NCBI GenBank assembly: GCA_963548695.1
Contig: CAUUWA010000003.1
Span: forward strand, 5,982 to 69,981
Reading direction: 5' to 3'
DNA length: 64,000 bases
DNA from: an uncultured Fretibacterium sp.
Lineage (GTDB): Bacteria; Synergistota; Synergistia; Synergistales; Aminobacteriaceae
Positions 29,895 through 37,690 of this stretch are shown piece by piece. The position numbers were made by a program, and so were the translations under genes. Every line of letters starts with the position of its first letter. The first letter of the stretch is position 1. Under the pieces are notes generated by a model. The model was not told the origin of the DNA and did no database searches. It was given only the letters and a program-made list of their open reading frames with translations.

Positions 29895-29932
29895 TTCGAG
29901 GGCATAAAGCAAGGGGAGCGCTGATTTAATCC

Positions 29933-30189
29933 ATGAAGCCCCCCGGTGGTACCCCAGCTTGCCTGTTTTGAGAAAAAGCTCTCCGGGGCCGCCGCTGCCC
30001 CCAGAGGGGAGCCTTCCGGCAGCCGCTCGCTCCGCTTGCGGGCCGATCAGTCTCAGGATAGCGGCGTGGGGGTATGGGGGCTTCGCCCCCATGTTAAATT
30101 CTAAGGTCTCGGGACTCCGTCCCGAACTCTGTCATAAGCAGACCGCCAACGAGCGAAAGCGAGTTGTGCGAGTTGCTTAGGGGCTTCAT
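29933..30189. mobile_element. MITE-like element
   Basis: Terminal inverted repeats ATGAAGCCCC (29933-29942) / GGGGCTTCAT (30180-30189), internal hairpins, no credible ORF. Confidence 0.5.
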
Positions 30190-30264
30190 CAAGGGACTTG
30201 TCCCTTGGAACACTTTCTATCGTTCCCGCAGGGGGGCCTTTGCCCCCTTGCGGGAACGGTCAAG

Positions 30265-30317
30265 AGGGGTGCCGGGGAACACGTTCCCTGGCCGGGGGAT
30301 TGGGGGCAGAGCCCCCA
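30265..30317 (+). repeat. Double-hairpin REP-like element (copy 3)
   Basis: GCCGGGGAAC-AC-GTTCCCTGGC then TGGGGGC-AGA-GCCCCCA; preceded by another long hairpin at 30221-30258. Confidence 0.65.
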
Positions 30318-30330
30318 TAAAATCATTTTT

Positions 30331-30411
30331 TGTGAATAACTCCTGTGCATATTGTGAATAACCTCGAGAAATTCGCGTTTCATCCATTCTCATCCAGCCA
30401 AATTTTCCACA
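30331..30411. promoter_or_regulatory. DnaA-box cluster upstream of the HU gene
   Basis: TGTGAATAA at 30331 and 30353, TGTGCATAT at 30344, TTTTCCACA at 30403. Confidence 0.65.
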
Positions 30412-30640
30412 ATCATCCGAGGGACACAAGAAGGCAAATAGAACTGAAAGCCCATACCCGAGAGCGAGGTTGGAACCTTATATGATTCTTGAGGCTTAGT
30501 CTACCTGAGCATTATTGTTCATTTATGTGAAAAATCCCCCTAAGAAGTGTCTACATCGTTGTTTTTTGTCCCAAGGGGGCTTGTATATTTTATAAAGGCT
30601 GATAGAATGCAGAAAAATCTTTAATGTGGAGGTGTAAGTC

Positions 30641-30943
30641 GTGACTAAAGCCGAGCTTATCGACCAGATTGCCGAGAAGTTGCTTGTGAAGAAGAAGGAC
30701 GTTGCCCCTATCGTCGAGGAGGTTTTCGCTTCGATCGAGGGAGCCCTGGCCAAGGGGGAGAAGTGCACGTTCGTCGGCTTCGGCGTTTTTGAGGTCAAGG
30801 AGCGCGCCGCGCGCGAGGGCCGCAACCCGCAGGATCCTTCCAAAGTCGTCAAGATTCCCGCTAAGAAGGTCCCTGTGTTCCGTCCCGGCAAGGACCTGAA
30901 GGAGAAGGTCCTGGCCGTCAAGGGCAAGAAGAAGGCGAAGTAA
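30641..30943 (+). CDS. hup: DNA-binding protein HU
   Basis: MTKAELID, GFGVF, RAAREGRNPQ, PVFRPGK; RBS GGAGGTG. Confidence 0.96.
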   Translation: MTKAELIDQIAEKLLVKKKDVAPIVEEVFASIEGALAKGEKCTFVGFGVFEVKERAAREGRNPQDPSKVVKIPAKKVPVFRPGKDLKEKVLAVKGKKKAK

Positions 30944-30979
30944 CGTCGTCTCCTTCGGCCGAACGGAAATTTTTTAAGG

Positions 30980-31007
30980 AAAGCGGCCCTTCTAGGAGCC
31001 GCTTTTT
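30980..31007 (+). terminator. Intrinsic terminator after hup
   Basis: AAAGCGGC...GCCGCTTTTT stem with T tail. Confidence 0.7.
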
Positions 31008-31073
31008 GTCTTTCTCTCCCCCTCCGTCCGGGAGAGCCAAGGAGCCGGAAGAGGCCAGGAAGGAACCGGGTGT

Positions 31074-31967
31074 ATGCTCTTTTTTAGACCGTTGACCTGG
31101 GAGGATCGGGCGCCATATAGCGAGTTATACGGCCGAACCTCCGTCAAGTATGCCGAATACTCCTTTTTCTCCCTGTGGGGTTGGGGGGATACGAATCCCA
31201 TGGAGCTGGCCTGGGACAACACGCTCTGCTGGCTGCGCTCGCACGGGAACAAACCTGGGTTCTGTTCGCCCGTGGGGGACTGGGACACCGCGGACTGGGA
31301 CGCCCTCCTTCGAGAGCATTTCGTGCCTGGCGACATCCTGCTGGACGTCCCGGAGGCCATCGTCGGACGTTTTTCCGATTCCCTGGCCGCCCGGCTCAAA
31401 GTTACGGAGGACCGGGACGAGTGGGAATACCTCCATTCCGTGCCCGAGCTGGTCACTTTGGAGGGAAGCCGCTTCGCCCAGAAGCGGGCCCATGTTCGCT
31501 CCTTTCAGTCCTCCTATGACTGGGAATACGTCCCACTCCTCCCGGAGGATTTTCCCGAGCTCCTGGATTTCCAGGCGAGGTGGCTGCGACGCAGGGAAGG
31601 CGGTCCCTCGCCCTCCCTCAAGGACGAGGACCGAGCCATTCGGCGCGCCCTCGAACGGTGGGACGAGCTTCCCTTTCTTGGGGCCCTGCTGCGGGCTGAC
31701 GGAATAACCGTCGGCTACACGATCGCCGAGGAATTGGACGCGAAAACCCTGGACATCTGCTTTGAAAAGGCCCTGGAAGATTATGCAGGAAGCTACCAGG
31801 CCCTGAATCAACTTTTTCTGCGGAATCAAGGATCGGACTACGCCTGGGTGAACCGCGAGGAGGACATGGGCAATCCGGGTCTTAGGGAGGCGAAGCTCTC
31901 CTACCATCCGGTTCAGCTGCTTAAAAAATACCGCGTCGAGATCCTGTCCGCGCCCCAGGGGATATAA
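31074..31967 (+). CDS. DUF2156 (GNAT-like/aminoacyltransferase domain) protein
   Basis: DRDEWEYL, L.G..F..KR, FEKA, WVNREEDMGNPGLREAKLSYHP. Confidence 0.85.
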   Translation: MLFFRPLTWEDRAPYSELYGRTSVKYAEYSFFSLWGWGDTNPMELAWDNTLCWLRSHGNKPGFCSPVGDWDTADWDALLREHFVPGDILLDVPEAIVGRFSDSLAARLKVTEDRDEWEYLHSVPELVTLEGSRFAQKRAHVRSFQSSYDWEYVPLLPEDFPELLDFQARWLRRREGGPSPSLKDEDRAIRRALERWDELPFLGALLRADGITVGYTIAEELDAKTLDICFEKALEDYAGSYQALNQLFLRNQGSDYAWVNREEDMGNPGLREAKLSYHPVQLLKKYRVEILSAPQGI

Positions 31968-32064
31968 CGTCTGGAGGGGGCTCGACAGGGGGTGTGTTAT
32001 GATTCTTGGGCGAGTCCAGGCCAAAGATGCGGGTAAAAATGCGGGATGGAGATGACGGGGATCG

Positions 32065-33411
32065 ATGAAGCTGGCGACGATCGGAACAGGATACGTGGGG
32101 CTGGTCACGGGGACCTGCCTGGCCAAGTTCGGCAACGCCGTGGTCTGCGCGGACACGGACCTGGAGCGGGTGGAGACCCTGCGCCGGGGCGAAGTGCCCT
32201 TCTATGAGCCCGGCCTTGCGGAGATGATGGTCCGCAACATGGAGGAGGGACGGCTTTCCTTCACCGCGGACGTCGGGGAGGCCCTGAAGGGTGCGGACGT
32301 CTGCTTCATCACGGTGGGGACCCCCTCGGCGCCCGACGGCAGCGCGGACCTGTCCTACGTCGAGAGCGCCGCCCGGAGCGTGGGCCGCGGGATGTCCGGC
32401 AGCCTGCTGACAATCGTCAAGTCCACCGTCCCCGTAGGGACAAACGCCAGGGTCCGGGACTGGATAGCCTCCGAGCTCGAGGGCCGTTCGGCCAGCTTCG
32501 GCCTGTCGATGGCCTCCAACCCGGAGTTCCTGCGCGAGGGGGCCGCCCTGCGCGACTTCCTGGAGCCGGACCGGGTCGTGCTGGGCACGGACTCCCCCGA
32601 GGCCCGGGAGATCCTGACCTCGCTCTACTCCTTCCTCGAGCCGTCGCGGCTCCTTTTCATGGACATCGCGTCGGCGGAGATGGCGAAGTACGCGGCCAAC
32701 GCGATGCTGGCGATGCGCATCTCCTTCATGAACGAGATGGCGAACATCTGCGACCGCGTCGGGGCCGATGTGGAGAGCGTGCGCCGGGCAATGGGCATGG
32801 ACAGCAGGATCGGCTCGAAGTTCCTCTACGCGGGGTGCGGCTACGGCGGCTCCTGCTTCCCCAAGGACGTCCGCGCGCTGCGCGACTTCGCCCGGTCGGC
32901 GGGCTACGAGCCCCGACTTCTCACGGCGGTGGACGAGGTGAACGAGCACCAGAAGGGAGTACTCTTTGAGAAGATCTCCGAGCGGCTGGGCGAGCTGTCG
33001 GGCCGGACCGTCGCCGTGTGGGGGCTGGCCTTCAAGCCCAAGACCTCCGACACGCGCGAGGCCCCGGCCCAGGTCCTGATCCGCAGCCTGCTGGACGCCG
33101 GGGCCCGGGTTCAGGCCCATGACCCCCGCGCCGTGGGGGAGACCCGGGAGGCGCTGGGCGACCGCCGGGGATTGGTGTACGTCCACGAACCCTACGACGC
33201 CGTGAACGGAGCGGACGCCCTCGCCGTGGTGACGGAGTGGGACATCTACCGCCAGCCGGACTTCGATCGGATCAAGAGACTGCTCCGGCAGCCGATCGTC
33301 GTGGACGGCCGAAACCTGTATTCCTGCTCCGACATGCGTCGCAGGGGGTTCGACTACCTCTCCATCGGCCGACCGACGGCCTGGGGTTACTCCGGGTCCC
33401 CCTCGCTCTGA
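32065..33411 (+). CDS. ugd: UDP-glucose 6-dehydrogenase
   Basis: IGTGYVGL, KSTVPVG, NPEFLREG, GYGGSCFPKD, GLAFKP. Confidence 0.93.
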   Translation: MKLATIGTGYVGLVTGTCLAKFGNAVVCADTDLERVETLRRGEVPFYEPGLAEMMVRNMEEGRLSFTADVGEALKGADVCFITVGTPSAPDGSADLSYVESAARSVGRGMSGSLLTIVKSTVPVGTNARVRDWIASELEGRSASFGLSMASNPEFLREGAALRDFLEPDRVVLGTDSPEAREILTSLYSFLEPSRLLFMDIASAEMAKYAANAMLAMRISFMNEMANICDRVGADVESVRRAMGMDSRIGSKFLYAGCGYGGSCFPKDVRALRDFARSAGYEPRLLTAVDEVNEHQKGVLFEKISERLGELSGRTVAVWGLAFKPKTSDTREAPAQVLIRSLLDAGARVQAHDPRAVGETREALGDRRGLVYVHEPYDAVNGADALAVVTEWDIYRQPDFDRIKRLLRQPIVVDGRNLYSCSDMRRRGFDYLSIGRPTAWGYSGSPSL

Positions 33412-33435
33412 GCGCATTTTCAGGTAGGGCCCCGC

Positions 33436-33464
33436 TTGCCAGAAGGGGCTTTTTGGGCTATAAT
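33436..33464 (+). promoter_or_regulatory. Sigma70 promoter of tRNA-Gly
   Basis: TTGCCA-17 nt-TATAAT. Confidence 0.75.
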
Positions 33465-33479
33465 TCCAGCATCGAAAAT

Positions 33480-33555
33480 GCGGATATAGCTCAGTTGGTA
33501 GAGCATCAGCTTCCCAAGCTGAGGGTCGCGGGTTCGAATCCCGTTGTCCGCTCCA
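33480..33555 (+). tRNA. tRNA-Gly (anticodon CCC)
   Basis: 76-nt cloverleaf GCGGATA...; anticodon arm TCAGC-TTCCCAA-GCTGA; GGTTCGAATCC T-arm; encoded CCA. Confidence 0.97.
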
Positions 33556-33587
33556 GAGGTCGATCCGGCTCAGTCCGGTTAACTTGG

Positions 33588-33613
33588 AAACCCCGCTTAA
33601 AAGCGGGGTTTTC
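33588..33613 (+). terminator. Terminator after tRNA-Gly
   Basis: AAACCCCGCTT-AA-AAGCGGGGTTTT. Confidence 0.7.
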
Positions 33614-33804
33614 GCTTTTTGACAGTCCGCCGTTATCCGGTTAATATTGCCTGTATCCGGCGCATAATCGTACTTAAGCAAAGGGCCAAAGCGAAATTTT
33701 TTAGGATTCCCCATCTATTTTCTCTCCACTCCTTAGGCAAAAAATGGTATTATCGCCGTAATGTACGGTATTTATGACGATTTTTATAAATCCTATCTTT
33801 CCTC

Positions 33805-34003
33805 TTGACATTATGGAAATGACCTGTATAATGTTTGTTGTGACCAACAAATAGCGAATGCCGAAAGCCTCAGGGGTCCTCTCCTGGAAATACCGACCCC
33901 GAAGGGTAGAAGTAGGCAAACCCCCTCGTTCTTGTTCGGTCGTTTGGAACCCCCCTCAAAAAGAAGAAGGTCGGCGTGACACGGCGCCGGCCTTCTTCTT
34001 TAT
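33805..34003 (+). ncRNA. Putative small non-coding RNA with own promoter and terminator (class unassigned)
   Basis: TTGACA(33805)-16-TATAAT(33827); closing stem GACCAACAAATAGCGA / TCGTTCTTGTTCGGTC; 18-bp terminator stem at 33960-34001. Confidence 0.6.
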
Positions 34004-34164
34004 TTCTCATTTTCATTAATTATTTTCCTGGCTTGCCCTTATAATGCGGACGGATTGTATATCTTTACCCGCCGTCGTGGGGGCCCTGACTGTCGGTCTG
34101 GGGAATTAACAGGCGACCGGCGGTGCTAAAATGTCTTTGAAGAAACATTGAAGGAGGCGATGTC

Positions 34165-35589
34165 ATGCCCTGGGTGTGGGCGGCCCTGATGCCGCATCCC
34201 CCGATCCTCGTCCCCGAGGTGGGGCTGGGGCGCGAGAACGAGGCTCGAGAGACCCGGAAGGGGCTGGAGCTCCTGGTGGAGTCCCTGAGGGACCGGAAGC
34301 CCGACGTGCTGCTGGTCCTGTCCCCCCACCAGCCCTATGCGCCCGGGGCGCTCTTCCTCAACTCCGCCGGGCGCGCGGCGGGGACGCTGGCTCCCTTCGG
34401 CGCCCCGTCCGTGACGATCGGGCTCGCCTGTCCCAGGGAGCTCCGCAGGGCAGTTGCGGAACGCCTGTCCGCGTTGGGGACCCGGATTCGGGAGGGGAAC
34501 CACCCCGACCTGACGAGCGATCAGGGGACCCTCGTGCCCCTGTATTTCCTGCGTCGAGCCTGGGGATGGGACGAAGAGAATCTATCGGGAAATCTGCCGC
34601 CGACCCTCCTGGCCTCGCCCATCGGGCTGACGCCGGGCGAGGCTCTTTCCCTGGGGGAGAGGCTGGCGCTCCTCGACGACGGCCTGCGCTGGGGGCTGGT
34701 GGCCAGCGGCGACCTGTCGCATCGCCTGACGCCGGACGCCCCGGCGGGCTACAGCCCCGAGGGGCGCATATTCGACGCCGCGGTCCTCGAGGCTCTGAAG
34801 TCCGCCGACGCCGGCCCCCTGCTCTCGCTGTCCCCGGAGACGCTGGAGGCGGCGGGGGAGTGCGGCCTGCGCTCTGTCATGACGATGCTGGGGCTCGCCG
34901 GCGCAGTCTGCGGGGCGATCCGGGTGTTCTCCTACGAGGGCCCGTTTGGGGTGGGGTACTGCAGCGCCCTCTGGGAGCCGTCCGACGCAGGTGCGTCTCA
35001 TGAAGGTGCGCCTCACGGAGACGCGGCCCATGGGGAGGCGCCCTACGGAGAAGCGCCGGAGGACCCTCCCTGTGTGCGTCTGGCGCGCGAGACGGTGACG
35101 CGCCTGCTGGAGAGACGCCCTCTGCCGGGCTCGGGAACGGAGGCGGCGCCCTCGGAGCTCTGGGCGGAACACCGCGCCTGCTTCGTCTCCATCAAGACGC
35201 GGTCCGGGGCCCTGAGGGGCTGCATCGGCACCCTGGCCCCCTTGCAGCGTAGCCTGGACCGTGAGATCATCGCCAACGCCGTGTCGGCCGCGACCCGCGA
35301 CCCCCGCTTTCCGCCCATGACGCGCGAGGAGCTCCCGGGCGTCCTCTTCTCGGTGGACGTGCTCTCCGAACCCGAGCCGGTGACGGACCTCGTCGATCTG
35401 GACCCCGGGGAGTGGGGCGTCATCGTCTCGAAGGACGGACGGCGCGGTGTCCTCCTTCCCGACCTCGAGGGCGTGGACACGGTCGAGGAGCAGCTCGCCA
35501 TCGCGGCGCGGAAGGCGGGCATCGCCGAACTTCGAGGCGCCTCCGTCGAGCGGTTCCGGGTGGATCGCTTTAAGGAACGGGGGGCCTGA
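34165..35589 (+). CDS. AmmeMemoRadiSam system protein: LigB/Memo-like domain fused to AMMECR1 domain
   Basis: MPHPPIL, SGDLSH, ECGLRS, YEGPFGVGY; then FVSIK..GALRGCIGT, RDPRF, GVLLP. Confidence 0.88.
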   Translation: MPWVWAALMPHPPILVPEVGLGRENEARETRKGLELLVESLRDRKPDVLLVLSPHQPYAPGALFLNSAGRAAGTLAPFGAPSVTIGLACPRELRRAVAERLSALGTRIREGNHPDLTSDQGTLVPLYFLRRAWGWDEENLSGNLPPTLLASPIGLTPGEALSLGERLALLDDGLRWGLVASGDLSHRLTPDAPAGYSPEGRIFDAAVLEALKSADAGPLLSLSPETLEAAGECGLRSVMTMLGLAGAVCGAIRVFSYEGPFGVGYCSALWEPSDAGASHEGAPHGDAAHGEAPYGEAPEDPPCVRLARETVTRLLERRPLPGSGTEAAPSELWAEHRACFVSIKTRSGALRGCIGTLAPLQRSLDREIIANAVSAATRDPRFPPMTREELPGVLFSVDVLSEPEPVTDLVDLDPGEWGVIVSKDGRRGVLLPDLEGVDTVEEQLAIAARKAGIAELRGASVERFRVDRFKERGA

Positions 35590-35595
35590 CCCCGC

Positions 35596-35663
35596 ACCGT
35601 CGGGGGTTGGTGTACGTCCCCGAACCCTACGACGCCGTGAAGCAGTGCGGACGCCTCCACCGT
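35596..35663 (+). repeat. Degenerate direct copy of an internal ugd segment (33161-33227)
   Basis: TTGGTGTACGTCC(C/A)CGAACCCTACGACGCCGTGAA shared by both loci. Confidence 0.75.
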
Positions 35664-35691
35664 CTGCGCGGCGGCACGGTGAAGCCGCGTG

Positions 35692-36423
35692 CTACGGCTT
35701 CGGCAGCCTCTGACGGACGTAGGTCCCATCGAGCGTCACGTCCATGTCCGTGGTGTCCGGGTTGATGTCCGGGGACGCCGCCACCTGCACCCTGTCGCCC
35801 TTGAAGGTGAAGGTCGCCCTGCCCTGCCCCTCGTACTCTCCGTCGGCCTCGAGCACTCCCTTTCGCACCGTGCCCTCGCCGAACCAGTGGCGGTATTCGA
35901 CGCTCTTCGGCCCCAGGACCAGGTTAGCCTCCATACCGATTCTGACCTCTCCGGCCTCCTTGTCGGTCCAGCGGACGGAGAGCCAGCCCGTCTCCCGCCC
36001 GTCCTCGAGCCGGACGTAATAGCCCTGGGGACCATCGGGGCGATCCTTGAGGAAGATCGGCTCCACGATGTGCGGCAGCTCGTCCACGCGCATCGCGGTT
36101 GCCGATATATAGGCTCGGAGGGCCGTGTAGCCGAATTCCGCCATATTGCGCCTGGCTTCCGCGTCGCGCCCCTTCCTCACCCACTCCGCCTGAACCGCCT
36201 TCAGGGCCTTTATCCCCGCCTTCGAGAGGCCCCCCTCCTTCAGGATCCTGGACCATTCTTTGTTCAGAGCTCTGTCGGCCCTGGCGAAGTCCGGGTCCTT
36301 CATCATCTCGCGATACTCCGCATCGCTCAGCCCCGCGGCCGGCCCCGCCATGACGCCGAGATAGAACACCCCACAGGCGGCAAACGCCGTCAACAGACCC
36401 AAAAGACGTGAAATCCGCACCAT
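35692..36423 (-). CDS. Secreted protein with LprI/DUF1311-like helical domain
   Basis: Signal peptide; ADRALNKEW...LKAVQAEWVRKGRD pattern; RBS AAGGAGG. Confidence 0.65.
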   Translation of the reverse strand: MVRISRLLGLLTAFAACGVFYLGVMAGPAAGLSDAEYREMMKDPDFARADRALNKEWSRILKEGGLSKAGIKALKAVQAEWVRKGRDAEARRNMAEFGYTALRAYISATAMRVDELPHIVEPIFLKDRPDGPQGYYVRLEDGRETGWLSVRWTDKEAGEVRIGMEANLVLGPKSVEYRHWFGEGTVRKGVLEADGEYEGQGRATFTFKGDRVQVAASPDINPDTTDMDVTLDGTYVRQRLPKP

Positions 36424-36538
36424 GATTCGTCGTTCCTCCTTTAAGTCAAATCGCTCGGGGGGGCGCCCGTGGGGAACTCCGTCCCCGCGGGCGCTTTTCG
36501 ATGGTCCGTCGATCCCGTCCCCGGCTGGAGGGCCGCTT

Positions 36539-37402
36539 CTATTCGGAGGGCCGTTCCTTCCGAATCTTGTAGAGCAGCATCTTCGCGCCCCTGGCCAGCG
36601 GGGGAATGAGGTTGAGCAGGACGGCCCAACCCCAGCGGCGCAGCTCCTGGTTCATGTAATACTCGGCCTCCACGAACTTCAGCGCGGGGTCCCAGCTCTC
36701 GATGTCCCTGAGGCCGCCGAGCCCCCAGTTGAACCGCACGTCGTCCCCGTACTCCCGAATCGAGTCGTGCATCTTGGAGTTTCGGGCCATCCAGGGCGAG
36801 ACCGCGTCGAAATGCAGCTCGCCGCCGGGGAAGCGTTGGGCCAGGTTCCGGAACAGGCCCTCGATGTCCGGCTCCTGCAGGTACATCAGAACGCCCTCCA
36901 TGATGAAGGCGAATCGGTGTCCCGGATAGCGCTCCAGCAGTTCGTCCATCCACGCCGTCTCGAACATCGAGGCGCCGATCTGCGGGTTGCGCTCCGAGCC
37001 CGGAAGGAAGCGTTCCCTCACGGCCATGACGTCCGGCAGGTCCAGGTCCACCTGGACGCCCTTGCCCGAGTCCGTCCGCAGGAAACGGTCGTCCAGCCCG
37101 CAGGCCAGATGCACGACCACGGGCCTGTCCCATTCCGCAAGGATGCGCCGCGTCTGGCGGTCGAAGCGGCGCACACGGATGACCGTCCCCACCTGCGACA
37201 TCCTCTTGTCCCGGAAGCGGGACATATCCACGCCGAGCTTCTCCAGGATCTCGATCGCCTTGGGGTCCTCGATGATACGGTCGGGGCGCCTCGTCTCCTG
37301 CGCCTTGAAGTACAGCGTCAGGAGCGATGTCTCCGAGATGGGGCTCCTGAAATCGAGCTCACCCTGCGCTTCCCTGTTCTCATCCATATTTTGATCGACC
37401 AT
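36539..37402 (-). CDS. Class I SAM-dependent O-methyltransferase (LCM/TcmP-like)
   Basis: SETSLLTLY, VVHLACGLDDR, DLPDV, EGVLMYL; RBS AAGGAGG before ATG 37402. Confidence 0.85.
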   Translation of the reverse strand: MVDQNMDENREAQGELDFRSPISETSLLTLYFKAQETRRPDRIIEDPKAIEILEKLGVDMSRFRDKRMSQVGTVIRVRRFDRQTRRILAEWDRPVVVHLACGLDDRFLRTDSGKGVQVDLDLPDVMAVRERFLPGSERNPQIGASMFETAWMDELLERYPGHRFAFIMEGVLMYLQEPDIEGLFRNLAQRFPGGELHFDAVSPWMARNSKMHDSIREYGDDVRFNWGLGGLRDIESWDPALKFVEAEYYMNQELRRWGWAVLLNLIPPLARGAKMLLYKIRKERPSE

Positions 37403-37690
37403 ATTTGAACCAACCTCCTTTGCTATGGCCTCCCAAAGTGGAAGCCCCTTCATGTTCGACTGATACAACACTGATGAGGCTAATACTTCTTTTCGGGAAA
37501 GTCAACACCGGTTCGATTTCCCGGGCGCCGCGGCGATCCGGCCGCAAAAGGCCCGTTCCCTAGACGCCGTTCTGCGCGGAAGGTTCTTTTCATGGCCCGA
37601 ACATGCTAAACTCGATTATAGCGTAACCTGCCGGGAGAAGGGGCACGCGGGGCACGATCCCAAATATCGGCGACCGAAGGAGTGACAAAG

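Noticed and set aside
33480..33800. Prophage or island integrated at tRNA-Gly
   Set aside because: No integrase and no duplicate of the tRNA 3' end seen in the window
33805..34003. SRP or 6S RNA assignment
   Set aside because: No SRP GGAA-loop domain; the paired region (~100 nt) looks too short for 6S; left unassigned pending Rfam search
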